Shown: positions 1 to 9,240, counted from the first letter of the stretch. The stretch is DNA of 35,190 nucleotides from a virus (IMGVR_UViG_3300034102_002786:82413-117602); one strand, 5' to 3'. The notes: generated from the sequence alone by a model not told the origin. Program-made: numbers and translations.

Positions 1-2
1 AC

Positions 3-503
3 GCTACCCACATTTTTGCGTGTTCTTTGGAGAACGAATGGGATTATGAAGATTTGATAGGTAATGTTGATTCTGAACTTGGTTCTATTGAAGGTTATTC
101 AACTTACACAAAAAGTGACCCGAATGAATTAAGGTCATTTCCATCTCGTTCAATTTGTTCTATTGAGCGTGATTTTCAATACAAAGATTTCAGTTTAGAA
201 GTAGTTCTTACCGCTGTTGTACGTTCAGGTTACTATGAAGGTTGTAACTTAGATTGGCACGTTTGGTATGGTATCAATGGTAACCAATGTGATTTAGATG
301 ATATTGAAAGAACTTTGGAATGGGATACTAACCTTTCCAATTCACAACGATTAGCTTATTCTTTATTGGCTAACAAAAAAGCAGTAAAGATTACGGATGA
401 AATAGTAGAAGAAGTTGAGAAAGTGTTTGGTAACTATACCGATAAGTATGGAGTTACTGCCCGATTTTCAAATGGTGAAACAATTTATCATAAAGTTGCA
501 TAA
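3..503 (+). CDS. hypothetical protein, probably 5'-truncated by window edge
   Basis: Frame of ORF 27..503 stays open to position 3; no ATG near 27. Confidence 0.75.
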   Translation, partial: ATHIFACSLENEWDYEDLIGNVDSELGSIEGYSTYTKSDPNELRSFPSRSICSIERDFQYKDFSLEVVLTAVVRSGYYEGCNLDWHVWYGINGNQCDLDDIERTLEWDTNLSNSQRLAYSLLANKKAVKITDEIVEEVEKVFGNYTDKYGVTARFSNGETIYHKVA

Positions 504-504
504 T

Positions 505-666
505 ATGAAATCAGTATTTGACATTAAAGTAACCACTGTAGGTGGAGATTCGTTTAACCTTAAAGGTGTTCCGTATTCTACGGTAACTCAATTATCATAT
601 CAGATATTGACGATTAAGAATATTGAGATTGTAAAAGAGTATTTCAAAAAAGAAACTAAATATTAA
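505..666 (+). CDS. hypothetical protein (53 aa)
   Basis: ATG 505 directly after upstream TAA; MKSVFDIKVTTVGG. Confidence 0.7.
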   Translation: MKSVFDIKVTTVGGDSFNLKGVPYSTVTQLSYQILTIKNIEIVKEYFKKETKY

Positions 667-669
667 ACT

Positions 670-888
670 ATGGCTATTAAAAAGAAAGTGAGTAAGTCCA
701 CTATTGAAATTGACTTAACAGGACCTGATGGTAACGCATTTATGTTAATTGGTAGAGCTGGTAATTTAGCTAAGCAATTAGGATTGGACAAAGCTAAAAT
801 TCAAGCTGAAATGATGAGTGGTGATTACGAACATTTAGTAGCAACATTCGATAAGTATTTCGGACATTTTGTAACCTTATATAGATAA
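670..888 (+). CDS. conserved phage hypothetical protein (IDLTGPDGNAF motif)
   Basis: Tight packing, biased codons, motif recalled from phage hypotheticals. Confidence 0.8.
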   Translation: MAIKKKVSKSTIEIDLTGPDGNAFMLIGRAGNLAKQLGLDKAKIQAEMMSGDYEHLVATFDKYFGHFVTLYR

Positions 889-892
889 TACA

Positions 893-1234
893 ATGAGAAG
901 ATTTCGTTCACACTATCCACCTGTATCATTCCAAGGTACATTCAGTAACCAATGGTATGTTATATGTAGTTCCGATGGTGATGGTTGGGTAAAAGTAGAT
1001 AGGAGTTATAGATGGGATGAGTTGGAAAAGGTTTGGGATAAGATTGAGTATGGTGTTAAAGCTAAAGTAACTCCTGTTAAGAAAGAACGTAAGGAATATA
1101 AAGTAGCAGGTAGTAAAGGTAATACCTACAAAGTGATAAATGATGACGGTGTTTGGACTTGTAGTTGTCCTGCGCACGGTTTCGGACGTGGTAAAGATTG
1201 TAAACACATTGTTCAGATAAAAAATAAAAAATAA
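893..1234 (+). CDS. SWIM zinc-finger protein
   Basis: C-terminal WTCSCPAHGFGRGKDCKHI = CxC...CxH SWIM signature. Confidence 0.85.
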   Translation: MRRFRSHYPPVSFQGTFSNQWYVICSSDGDGWVKVDRSYRWDELEKVWDKIEYGVKAKVTPVKKERKEYKVAGSKGNTYKVINDDGVWTCSCPAHGFGRGKDCKHIVQIKNKK

Positions 1235-1238
1235 GTAT

Positions 1239-1484
1239 ATGAATTACAATTACACAGCGCCAAATGGCATTAGTTATTTTGAAGTAGAAGAAAGTAACCT
1301 GCGTGCAGAAAAATCTATGAGTGATTTTGGTGGAGCCAATATGTGGAACTTATATGTTAAAACTTCAAATGGCCGTTGGGAAGATGTACAATGGATGAAC
1401 GTATATAGGATTCAAGAGTTTTTCAAAACAAAACTTCCTGTATATAACGAACAAGAAAGTAAACAAAAATATTCATTAAAATAA
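1239..1484 (+). CDS. hypothetical protein
   Basis: ORF track, operon packing. Confidence 0.75.
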   Translation: MNYNYTAPNGISYFEVEESNLRAEKSMSDFGGANMWNLYVKTSNGRWEDVQWMNVYRIQEFFKTKLPVYNEQESKQKYSLK

Positions 1485-1495
1485 AAATTAAAGTT

Positions 1496-1915
1496 ATGGG
1501 ATTTTTTAGTTGGAAAACAATGGACACTGATAAGAGTATCAGTAACGAATCCTCTGTTAGAGGTACATTCCGAGTTCAAATGATGGATGATAAAGGTAAT
1601 GTTTGGACCGAAGATAACTATGAAGGTTATGGTGTATTTGGTGGTAAGGATTATTATGAATTACTTGCCGAAATGAATGGAGTAACTTCAGATTTGAAAG
1701 GTGAGAAATATACCAATTATATGAGAGGTGAGGGTATTGGTATTGCTTTCAAAGAAAATGGAAGTGGTGACCATACATTCGCAGTTAAGTATCCTAACTT
1801 AGTAGAAGAAGCTAAGGGTTGGAGATACAATTACTATGGACCTGATAGTTGTGAATCACAGGGATACTTTTACGATGATGAAGATTACGATGGCGAAGAT
1901 GATTATGAATCATAA
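1496..1915 (+). CDS. hypothetical protein with acidic tail
   Basis: ORF track; AAATTAAAGTTATG start context. Confidence 0.8.
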   Translation: MGFFSWKTMDTDKSISNESSVRGTFRVQMMDDKGNVWTEDNYEGYGVFGGKDYYELLAEMNGVTSDLKGEKYTNYMRGEGIGIAFKENGSGDHTFAVKYPNLVEEAKGWRYNYYGPDSCESQGYFYDDEDYDGEDDYES

Positions 1916-1926
1916 AATATAGTAGA

Positions 1927-2121
1927 ATGAAGAATACGCTTAAACAACGAACCTACAAATGTAAATGTGGGGCACTAACAAAGGAATATGTTTGGGATAA
2001 TGATTTGGATAAAACTAAAGTTAATTGTAGTGAATGTTCAAAGCAACTTACAAATAAAAATTTGGTAAGTACAAACATAAATTGGGCAGCTAGTATTAGA
2101 ACGCCAACAAAGAATAGATAA
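1927..2121 (+). CDS. small zinc-ribbon protein (FmdB-like)
   Basis: YKCKCG...CSEC cysteine pairs. Confidence 0.65.
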   Translation: MKNTLKQRTYKCKCGALTKEYVWDNDLDKTKVNCSECSKQLTNKNLVSTNINWAASIRTPTKNR

Positions 2122-2153
2122 TAAATTATAAAATAAAAATTAAAAATTAAGTT

Positions 2154-2606
2154 ATGGGATTAGACATGTATTTAAGTAAAAAGACGTATGTAAAGTATTG
2201 GGAGCACAATGGTGATAACAATTATGATGTTAAGGTCACTAAAGCTGGTAACCCTACAAACATTAACCCAAAGAAGGTAAGTTATATTGTAGAAGAAGTT
2301 GGGTATTGGAGAAAAGCAAACGCCATTCATCAATGGTTTGTGGATAACTGCCAGGGTGGTGTTGATGATTGTAGAGATGCCTATGTTAGTAGAGAGAATT
2401 TAGAGCAATTACTTAACCTTTGTAAGATTGTTAGTATTGATAACGATAAAGCTGAACAATTACTACCAACTGCTTCCGGATTTTTCTTTGGTGGTACTGG
2501 TTATGATGAGTGGTACTATGAAGGTATTAATAGTACAATAGAAATTTTAGAAGAAGCTCTTAGTGATGGAGATGCTGATGAGTTTTCATATCATTCAAGT
2601 TGGTAA
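2154..2606 (+). CDS. conserved phage protein, MGLDMY/YWRKANAIH family
   Basis: Motifs MGLDMYL, YWRKANAIHQWF, GFFFG, YHSSW. Confidence 0.8.
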   Translation: MGLDMYLSKKTYVKYWEHNGDNNYDVKVTKAGNPTNINPKKVSYIVEEVGYWRKANAIHQWFVDNCQGGVDDCRDAYVSRENLEQLLNLCKIVSIDNDKAEQLLPTASGFFFGGTGYDEWYYEGINSTIEILEEALSDGDADEFSYHSSW

Positions 2607-2624
2607 TATTAAAAACAAATTTAT

Positions 2625-3206
2625 ATGGGAGTAGATATATACGGCAGAAAGCCAATAGTAAAATCGGAAAGACCTGACCAAATAGATTATCAGGCTTCAA
2701 CCGATGACCAAAAACAAAAGTATTGGAATAAAGTAGATGAATGGGAAGAAGAAAATCCTGGCGTTTACTTTCGTTCTAATTGGTGGGGTTGGAGACCTAT
2801 TTGTATGTTATGTGAAATAGCAAACGATAAGTACAAACTCAAAATGAATATGGACCATTGGGGTTCAAATGATGGTAAAGGGCTTCGTACACAAAAGCAA
2901 TGTGATAAGTTAGCAGATGCATTGGAATTGATGTTGACTAATGATAGTGGTTACAATGAGTTTATGGCCGAAGATGATGACCGTATTCAGATAGTGATGG
3001 GTAGCTGGGTAAAGAGTGGTACAGGTCAATTCTATTCGGATGAGAACTTAGAATTGCAACAACAATATGAATATGGTACTATCCTTTACAACCCTATTGT
3101 TACAAAGAAAGGTGAGTTGGTTGAATCAGCTCATAGTTGTTCATTAGCACATATCAAGCGTTGGATTAATTTCCTTAGAGCTTGTGGTGGATTTAAAATT
3201 TGGTAA
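2625..3206 (+). CDS. conserved phage protein, MGVDIY/YFRxNWWxWRP family
   Basis: Motifs MGVDIYG, YFRSNWWGWRP, FLRACGGFKIW. Confidence 0.8.
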   Translation: MGVDIYGRKPIVKSERPDQIDYQASTDDQKQKYWNKVDEWEEENPGVYFRSNWWGWRPICMLCEIANDKYKLKMNMDHWGSNDGKGLRTQKQCDKLADALELMLTNDSGYNEFMAEDDDRIQIVMGSWVKSGTGQFYSDENLELQQQYEYGTILYNPIVTKKGELVESAHSCSLAHIKRWINFLRACGGFKIW

Positions 3207-3209
3207 GTT

Positions 3210-3617
3210 ATGGCAAAATTATTTGAAAGTGAATTTCACAAAGGAGTTATGGTAGCTGTGATTGAAGCCGGAGATTATCAGTATCAGGTCTTAGCACCAC
3301 TATTTAATGATTATGGATATGGATTTGTAGCGCCTGACCAAAAGTTGATATTCATTGATGGTAATCAACATAAATCAATATACAAAATCGTAGAGGCTCA
3401 CGAAGTAGCACATATCATTCTCAATCATACAGGTATTAAAGGACCAAACGATGAAGTTGAAGCAGATAGTTTGGCTATGGTATTGTTGAGAAAATATGGA
3501 TACTATGATGAAGCTAACATACTAATTCGTGAATTTAAAAAGAGACATGGTTATTCATATAACCACATTAAAAATAAACAAAATAAACTTAAAGCACATG
3601 CCTACACAAACTTTTGA
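3210..3617 (+). CDS. HExxH metallopeptidase-like protein (ImmA/IrrE-like)
   Basis: AHEVAHIIL followed by EVEADSLA. Confidence 0.7.
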   Translation: MAKLFESEFHKGVMVAVIEAGDYQYQVLAPLFNDYGYGFVAPDQKLIFIDGNQHKSIYKIVEAHEVAHIILNHTGIKGPNDEVEADSLAMVLLRKYGYYDEANILIREFKKRHGYSYNHIKNKQNKLKAHAYTNF

Positions 3618-3882
3618 TTTTTTTATAGACCGTAAGGTAACAATTTGGCAAAGAGAGTTCCACACAATTAAAGCTGAATCTTTAGATGATGCTAAAGCAG
3701 AAATGGCAGCTCGTTTTCACGATAATATGTGTGTTGATACTTTCGATGAGCAAGAAACACTATTCGAAACAGAAGAGTATTTGGAGCCGGGTGATAATGG
3801 TGGTAACCCAACTGCCGAATTGTATAGTGAAGAAGATGGACAATTAATAACTACAAACATAGATTTGTTAGATTCAAAATAA
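3598..3882 (+). CDS. acidic hypothetical protein
   Basis: Likely ATG 3598 (MPTQTFDFF) within ORF 3529..3882. Confidence 0.75.
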   Translation: MPTQTFDFFIDRKVTIWQREFHTIKAESLDDAKAEMAARFHDNMCVDTFDEQETLFETEEYLEPGDNGGNPTAELYSEEDGQLITTNIDLLDSK

Positions 3883-3895
3883 TTTCGTATATTTG
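3864..3895 (+). promoter_or_regulatory. Bacteroidota-type sigma promoter
   Basis: TTTG 3864-67, 20 bp, TATATTTG 3888-95. Confidence 0.75.
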
Positions 3896-3908
3896 TAAAA
3901 ACCCCTTT

Positions 3909-4517
3909 ATGAAAAGATTAAGTAAAAACGATAAAGCATTCATTCAGTTTGTTAAGGATGAGTGTAAGAGATTGGGTATAAAGACCCATATTAAAGATGT
4001 GAAGTATGTAAAACTTTCCGGTAACATTAGATGTAGTGGATACTTTGATGATGTAGATGCTATCTTAGCATGTTCAATGGGTAAGTCGGATGGATTGGAA
4101 ATATTGGTACACGAATATTGTCACCTTACACAATGGCAAGATGGTTTGCATTTATGGAAAAAAGCAGGTAGAGCATTGCCTGTTATTGATGAGTGGTTGG
4201 AAGGTAAGTACAAAAGACCTCAAACGTTGGAAAACGCTTTCAATATCGCTATTCAGTTGGAAAGGGATAATGAAATGAGAAGTGTAAGAATGATTAACGA
4301 ATGGGGATTGAGTATTGATACCGATAAGTACATTAAGAAAGCTAATAGTTACTTGATGTTCTATAATTGGATGAAGCAAACTCGTAGATGGTGTAAACCA
4401 AACAATATGCCATACCACAATAAGAAAGTTGTAGCAGCAATGCCAACAAACTTTAAGTTGGATTATAGTAAGTTACCTAAAAGATTTGAAACAATTTATA
4501 GAGAAGAAAATATTTAA
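3909..4517 (+). CDS. HExxH metallopeptidase-like protein
   Basis: ILVHEYCHLTQW plus downstream LERDNE. Confidence 0.7.
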   Translation: MKRLSKNDKAFIQFVKDECKRLGIKTHIKDVKYVKLSGNIRCSGYFDDVDAILACSMGKSDGLEILVHEYCHLTQWQDGLHLWKKAGRALPVIDEWLEGKYKRPQTLENAFNIAIQLERDNEMRSVRMINEWGLSIDTDKYIKKANSYLMFYNWMKQTRRWCKPNNMPYHNKKVVAAMPTNFKLDYSKLPKRFETIYREENI

Positions 4518-4518
4518 T

Positions 4519-4890
4519 ATGGGAAAACTAAAAGAAAAGTTACTCAATAACCTAACGCCGGAAGAAATGGATGAACGATTTGGAATTTCGGCATTTGAAT
4601 ATGTAGAATATATGGAAAATTACAAACAATACAAACAAGTATCACTATTTGATGATAATGGTGACCTAATGCCCAACGATGTATTAGATAAAATGCTCAT
4701 AGAAAGAGAGCAATTAGAAAACGAATATTATCAGCAATCTGAAATTGATGACATCAACGATAGTATAAAATTGAAGTACACAGATAATGATATTTTATAT
4801 GTATTAGATGGGTTGGCAGGACCCGTTTTGACCCGTATGATACTGGATAAATTAAGGGGTGTTTGGAATACCAAAAATGGTGTAGAATAG
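4519..4890 (+). CDS. hypothetical protein
   Basis: Likely ATG 4519 (MGKLKEKLL). Confidence 0.75.
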   Translation: MGKLKEKLLNNLTPEEMDERFGISAFEYVEYMENYKQYKQVSLFDDNGDLMPNDVLDKMLIEREQLENEYYQQSEIDDINDSIKLKYTDNDILYVLDGLAGPVLTRMILDKLRGVWNTKNGVE

Positions 4891-4996
4891 CCCGTTTTTA
4901 TTCGTTTCCTGATGGTTTTGGGTGCTGGGCTGGGTATTGACCTTATATTCAAAAAGACCCCCTAAAATCGGTTAAAAATGGCATAATATATATTGA

Positions 4997-5058
4997 ATTG
5001 ATAATCAACACGTTACGTGAGGTTTTTGAGACACCCGGCTAACGTGTTGATTATCAAT
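4997..5058. repeat. motif cluster 1: perfect 19-bp inverted repeat
   Basis: ATTGATAATCAACACGTTA (4997-5015) and TAACGTGTTGATTATCAAT (5040-5058), 24-bp spacer. Confidence 0.95.
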
Positions 5059-5088
5059 AAAATTTTTTTGAAGATTTTTCCCTAAAAA

Positions 5089-5130
5089 TTTGGTAGTTTC
5101 GGGTATTATTTGTAGTTTTACTATATAAAA
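5089..5130 (+). promoter_or_regulatory. Bacteroidota-type promoter, TTTA variant
   Basis: TTTG 5089-92, 20 bp, TAGTTTTA 5113-20, then CTATATAAAA. Confidence 0.7.
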
Positions 5131-5138
5131 TTAAGATT

Positions 5139-5498
5139 ATGAGTTTACCTTTTGACCCGATTAGGGTATTTGAAACCGCTCCATTGATTGAGGGTTATGA
5201 TGTTATTAAAAATTCTTTCCCCGTTGTAGGTAAGTACACGGGTAGAGTTATTACTTACGCCGATGCAGTATATTCGGCATTGGAATCCTTAACTGAAGAT
5301 TATTCAGATTGGCCGGAAGACCAGGGGTTTGGTAGTTCAGATATGACCTATGCTCGTCAAAATTTCATTGATACAATGATTAGTTTGGCTAACCTTAATG
5401 GTTACTATACTACCGATTTCAAACCTTACTTAAAGGTTGTTGAATATTCGGAAGCTGAATATCACGAAACGATGTTGCGTAGGGAGCAAGGTATCTAA
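5139..5498 (+). CDS. hypothetical protein
   Basis: ORF track; first gene after promoter. Confidence 0.8.
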   Translation: MSLPFDPIRVFETAPLIEGYDVIKNSFPVVGKYTGRVITYADAVYSALESLTEDYSDWPEDQGFGSSDMTYARQNFIDTMISLANLNGYYTTDFKPYLKVVEYSEAEYHETMLRREQGI

Positions 5499-5520
5499 TT
5501 AACAAATAAAAATTAAGTAT

Positions 5521-5817
5521 ATGAATAGTAATGTAACACAATATGAAATGGACGGTAGAAACCGAGTAGTTTCTGAATTAGAAAACGAATTCGCTGTATT
5601 GAATATATGCGATGTTTGGGATTGGTTCAAAGTTAGTTTGAATGTTGATATTATGGAATTGGATTGGAATGGTGAATGTGAACACATTCTAAAGTTTTGT
5701 GAAAATTTCAGATTGTATCTTTACGAAGTGCCTGGTGAAAACTTTTATGAGTGGGAAGGTATTGAGAAGGCAAAGAGTATGGGTTATAAAGGTGTAATAT
5801 TAAGTTCATTAAGTTAA
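5521..5817 (+). CDS. hypothetical protein
   Basis: ORF track; AAATTAAGTATATG start context. Confidence 0.8.
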   Translation: MNSNVTQYEMDGRNRVVSELENEFAVLNICDVWDWFKVSLNVDIMELDWNGECEHILKFCENFRLYLYEVPGENFYEWEGIEKAKSMGYKGVILSSLS

Positions 5818-5835
5818 TAAATAAAAATTAAGTAT

Positions 5836-6075
5836 ATGGCAAATTTGTATGAAGTAGAAGGATTTTATGGTACCCGAAATAGAGGTACTATTTTTGTTTA
5901 CGAAACATACAGCGGTAAACGCTGGTATTGTGTTGAAGGTAGTTGTAATATCAATTGTACCTATGATGAGATTAACGAAGGATGTAACGTTGAGAGGTTA
6001 TCGGACATTGATACAATGAGTAGTAGAAATGGTATAAACTCGGTGAGAGAGTTATACGATTATGTAATAAGTTAA
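5836..6075 (+). CDS. hypothetical protein
   Basis: ORF track; AAATTAAGTATATG start context. Confidence 0.8.
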   Translation: MANLYEVEGFYGTRNRGTIFVYETYSGKRWYCVEGSCNINCTYDEINEGCNVERLSDIDTMSSRNGINSVRELYDYVIS

Positions 6076-6086
6076 AAATAAATTTT

Positions 6087-6254
6087 ATGATACAACCAAA
6101 AGAAAGTAATTCAAAGAGCCACTTTTACATTTCTGTAACTAAAAGTGGTTTTCGTTTAGGTGCATGTTACGGATTATTTGTAGGTGACCTTTTCACAGCC
6201 GCTGTGTTATTCGCTGTAGCTGAAGTATTAGGAATAGCTGAAGAAATTTTTTAA
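6087..6254 (+). CDS. small membrane protein (55 aa), absent from ORF track
   Basis: Manual translation MIQPKESNSKSHFYISVTKSGFRLGACYGLFVGDLFTAAVLFAVAEVLGIAEEIF; fills gap exactly. Confidence 0.75.
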   Translation: MIQPKESNSKSHFYISVTKSGFRLGACYGLFVGDLFTAAVLFAVAEVLGIAEEIF

Positions 6255-6256
6255 AT

Positions 6257-6976
6257 ATGAAAAACTATCAAATAAAAGAAGTTAAAGATAGAGTGTTCGC
6301 TGTTATCATACCCAACCATTATGATAGGGCTATGACATTTTGTAGAGTACAGGAATTTTATGAATCACCTAACCCTGATTTTAGAGGTAAGCACTTTAAC
6401 ATTTGGGATTTTATTGAATGGTATAGTAAAGAGCATAGAGATGCTTTTACTTACGCATTTGATTGGGGTGGATTTAATATACCACTACCAATAGCTTGGG
6501 AATGTTACGAAGGTACTGAAAAACCTAAAAAGAAAAATGGGTTTGTAAATGGTGTTCGTTCTATGCCTGATAATTGGAAAAGTAAATGGGATGGTGTGAT
6601 GAAAGATATTGTATGGAATGTTCAAAGCCGTATGTTCAATAAAAAGAATAAAAGGGATATGAACGCTTATATTATTGGAGCTAACGATACTGAAAGTGAT
6701 ACTTTTATGCACGAAGTTTGTCATGGTTTATATTATACCAACAAAGAGTATAAGGAATTGATGGATGAAATTACCGATGCTATTCCTTTGGATATTCGTA
6801 TGAAATTCAGAAACAACCTAATAGATATGGGATATACCGATAGTGTGGTGTACGATGAGATTCAGGCGTATCTAACTTGGCATAGTGAGTACACAAAGTT
6901 CGCTCAAGGTGTATCTAAAAAGATTCTTAAACAATTAAACAAAGAATACCAAAAGGTGTTCAACAAATATTTATAG
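6257..6976 (+). CDS. HExxH-containing conserved phage protein
   Basis: TFMHEVCHGLY and later DEIQAY. Confidence 0.7.
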   Translation: MKNYQIKEVKDRVFAVIIPNHYDRAMTFCRVQEFYESPNPDFRGKHFNIWDFIEWYSKEHRDAFTYAFDWGGFNIPLPIAWECYEGTEKPKKKNGFVNGVRSMPDNWKSKWDGVMKDIVWNVQSRMFNKKNKRDMNAYIIGANDTESDTFMHEVCHGLYYTNKEYKELMDEITDAIPLDIRMKFRNNLIDMGYTDSVVYDEIQAYLTWHSEYTKFAQGVSKKILKQLNKEYQKVFNKYL

Positions 6977-6978
6977 GT

Positions 6979-7170
6979 ATGGATGGATTAACAATTTTAT
7001 TGATATGGATTCTTCTAAGCTTTCCGATTGTAAGACACGTTAATAGGAGAATGGAAGAAACCGAAGATGACCTTAGATTTAGGACATCATTTCAATTAAT
7101 ATTATTCATTAGAGCCCAATTTGAAGTACCAAAATGGTATTTACTTAGGCTTATAAAATTATTAAAATGA
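6979..7170 (+). CDS. small membrane protein
   Basis: Hydrophobic N-terminal helix. Confidence 0.7.
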   Translation: MDGLTILLIWILLSFPIVRHVNRRMEETEDDLRFRTSFQLILFIRAQFEVPKWYLLRLIKLLK

Positions 7171-7547
7171 GAAAAAAGAAACTAACCGCTGGTGAAAAAG
7201 CAATTAGAGTGAATGAGCAACGATTTGCTATGACTATAATTCTATGTAACCTATTAGAAGCTGAGAATGGTGTAAGTATGATTATAAAATCCGCAACCGC
7301 AGCATCTCTTATCAATATGATGGAGATGAGTATGATTGATGGTGATGATGATGGATTAAAAAATCTTATCAATAACGCTATTGACCAGTTTTGTTATGAA
7401 GTAGAAACAAAGCATGAAGTAGAGAATTATCGTAGTAGATTGATGGAAAGTGTTTTGGCATCTAGAAAATTGGTAGATGAAATTAAACAAAAAATTGGAA
7501 GAATTAAAGAAGGTGAAGATATACTTAAAAATATTTGTTTAAATTAA
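7167..7547 (+). CDS. hypothetical protein
   Basis: ORF track; ATGA overlap with upstream stop. Confidence 0.8.
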   Translation: MRKKKLTAGEKAIRVNEQRFAMTIILCNLLEAENGVSMIIKSATAASLINMMEMSMIDGDDDGLKNLINNAIDQFCYEVETKHEVENYRSRLMESVLASRKLVDEIKQKIGRIKEGEDILKNICLN

Positions 7548-7552
7548 AACTT

Positions 7553-7864
7553 ATGGCTACAATTAAAAAATTAGCAAGAGTGGTTAATACTTCAATCGAA
7601 GGAGAACCACAACACGCAGCCCTTCAGATTATAGAGACTAATAGAATATTTCAATTTTCAGAAGTGAAATATATTTTAGAGGGTGGTTCGGTAATACAAT
7701 TAGAAACTAGAATGAACGATAATGATTTGTACCAACCAACCATTCAGAAAATTTTAAATCAAGGGCATACAATAGAGGTTTCTTATTTTGAACCAACCGA
7801 AGGTCAATTATCACCTGACCAATTTCGGTATAATATGGACATAGATTTAACACTTCATTTTTAA
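7553..7864 (+). CDS. hypothetical protein
   Basis: Likely ATG 7553 (MATIKK). Confidence 0.75.
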   Translation: MATIKKLARVVNTSIEGEPQHAALQIIETNRIFQFSEVKYILEGGSVIQLETRMNDNDLYQPTIQKILNQGHTIEVSYFEPTEGQLSPDQFRYNMDIDLTLHF

Positions 7865-7874
7865 TAATAAAATT

Positions 7875-8006
7875 ATGTTACGCAAATTAGAATGGATATT
7901 TGATTATTATTTTGCTTGGATGTTCTATAATGGAATGAAGCAAGACCACTATGTTGAATATATGCGAAACAAATGGCCAGAAAAAATAAAAGATTTTGAA
8001 AATTAA
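7875..8006 (+). CDS. hypothetical micro-protein (43 aa)
   Basis: Manual translation MLRKLEWIFDYYFAWMFYNGMKQDHYVEYMRNKWPEKIKDFEN. Confidence 0.6.
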   Translation: MLRKLEWIFDYYFAWMFYNGMKQDHYVEYMRNKWPEKIKDFEN

Positions 8007-8025
8007 AAATATTTTTGTATCTTTG
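7995..8025 (+). promoter_or_regulatory. Bacteroidota-type sigma promoter
   Basis: TTTG 7995-98, 19 bp, TATCTTTG 8018-25. Confidence 0.75.
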
Positions 8026-8042
8026 TACATACTTAATAAGTT

Positions 8043-8801
8043 ATGAGAATTACACACATTTCAGATACACACAATAAGCACAATCAGCTTAATGGTAAAC
8101 TACCCGGTGGACAACTATTGATTCATTCGGGTGATTTTACGTCTATTGGTAGAAAGCACGAAGTTGAAGGATTCATTAAGTGGTTCGCTAAGCAGGATTA
8201 TACGCACAAAGTTTTCATAGCTGGTAATCACGACTTAGTTATGGATAGTGAAAGGTTGTATGAAGCTAAATCCGCTCACTTTGAACACAAAGAATACCCA
8301 ACACCTGGTGCCGAAGGTAAACCTGAATGGTTAGTTGAACTATTGAGTAACTTACCCGATGGTGTTTATTACTTAGAGAATAACTCTATTAAGTTAGAAG
8401 GTATCAACATTTGGGGTTCACCTTATTCACCGTCATTTGGTTATGGGTGGGGATTCAACAAAGATAGAGGTAATGATATTGCACAATGTTGGAATGAAAT
8501 ACCAATGGATACTGATATTGTTATTACCCACACTCCAATATATGGATACAATGATAGGGCTTCAAACACAAACCAAAATGTAGGATGTGCTGATTTGTAT
8601 CACCGAATAAAAGAGGTACAACCACACTTACACTTTTGTGGCCACATTCACGAAGCTTATGGTTGGAAAACTATGGGATTGACGAGTTGGTACGATTTAC
8701 AAACATTCAATGGTTGTAGCTGTAATTTAAGGTACGAAGCTGAAAACGCACCAATAAGCTTTGATTACAATTTTGAAAGTGGTGAGATAAATTTTATATA
8801 A
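8043..8801 (+). CDS. calcineurin-like metallophosphoesterase (MPPED/239FB-like)
   Basis: Motifs SDTH, GDFT, GNHD, THTP, GHIHE. Confidence 0.92.
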   Translation: MRITHISDTHNKHNQLNGKLPGGQLLIHSGDFTSIGRKHEVEGFIKWFAKQDYTHKVFIAGNHDLVMDSERLYEAKSAHFEHKEYPTPGAEGKPEWLVELLSNLPDGVYYLENNSIKLEGINIWGSPYSPSFGYGWGFNKDRGNDIAQCWNEIPMDTDIVITHTPIYGYNDRASNTNQNVGCADLYHRIKEVQPHLHFCGHIHEAYGWKTMGLTSWYDLQTFNGCSCNLRYEAENAPISFDYNFESGEINFI

Positions 8802-9220
8802 TGATAAAAAATAAAATGAGATTATATTTGGATGATGTAAGAACTCCAAAAGATAGTGGATGGGAAGTAGTTAAGAGTTATGATGAATTTATAAAACACA
8901 TTCAACTTAATCGCTTGGATGCCTATGAAGTTATTTCATTGGACCACGATTTGGGTAGAACTGCTATGGATGAATACTTTAACAATGTTCATCCTAATTA
9001 CACATTAGATTATAATAACATAAAAGAAAAAACAGGTTTAGATTGTGCTAAATGGTTAGTTGCCGAAAGTATGACTTCTAAAATACCACTTCCGCAAATC
9101 TATACACATTCAGCTAACCCAATTGGTTCGGCTAATATTATGGGATACATCAACAATTACTTAATGAATTGTAGATTACCACAAACTTGTGTAAGAGTAA
9201 AAATAGAACATACAATTTAA
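8801..9220 (+). CDS. cyclic-phosphate-processing receiver-like domain protein
   Basis: LYLDDVR, SLDHDLG, TGLDCAKWL, HSANPIG motifs recalled for this family. Confidence 0.75.
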   Translation: MIKNKMRLYLDDVRTPKDSGWEVVKSYDEFIKHIQLNRLDAYEVISLDHDLGRTAMDEYFNNVHPNYTLDYNNIKEKTGLDCAKWLVAESMTSKIPLPQIYTHSANPIGSANIMGYINNYLMNCRLPQTCVRVKIEHTI

Positions 9221-9240
9221 TAAAAACAAAAACAAATGTT

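Noticed and set aside
4997-5058. Core TTGATWATCAA as FNR or Fur box
   Set aside because: FNR needs TTGAT-N4-ATCAA (here N1); Fur 7-1-7 not matched; the GCTAAC flank is unexplained by either
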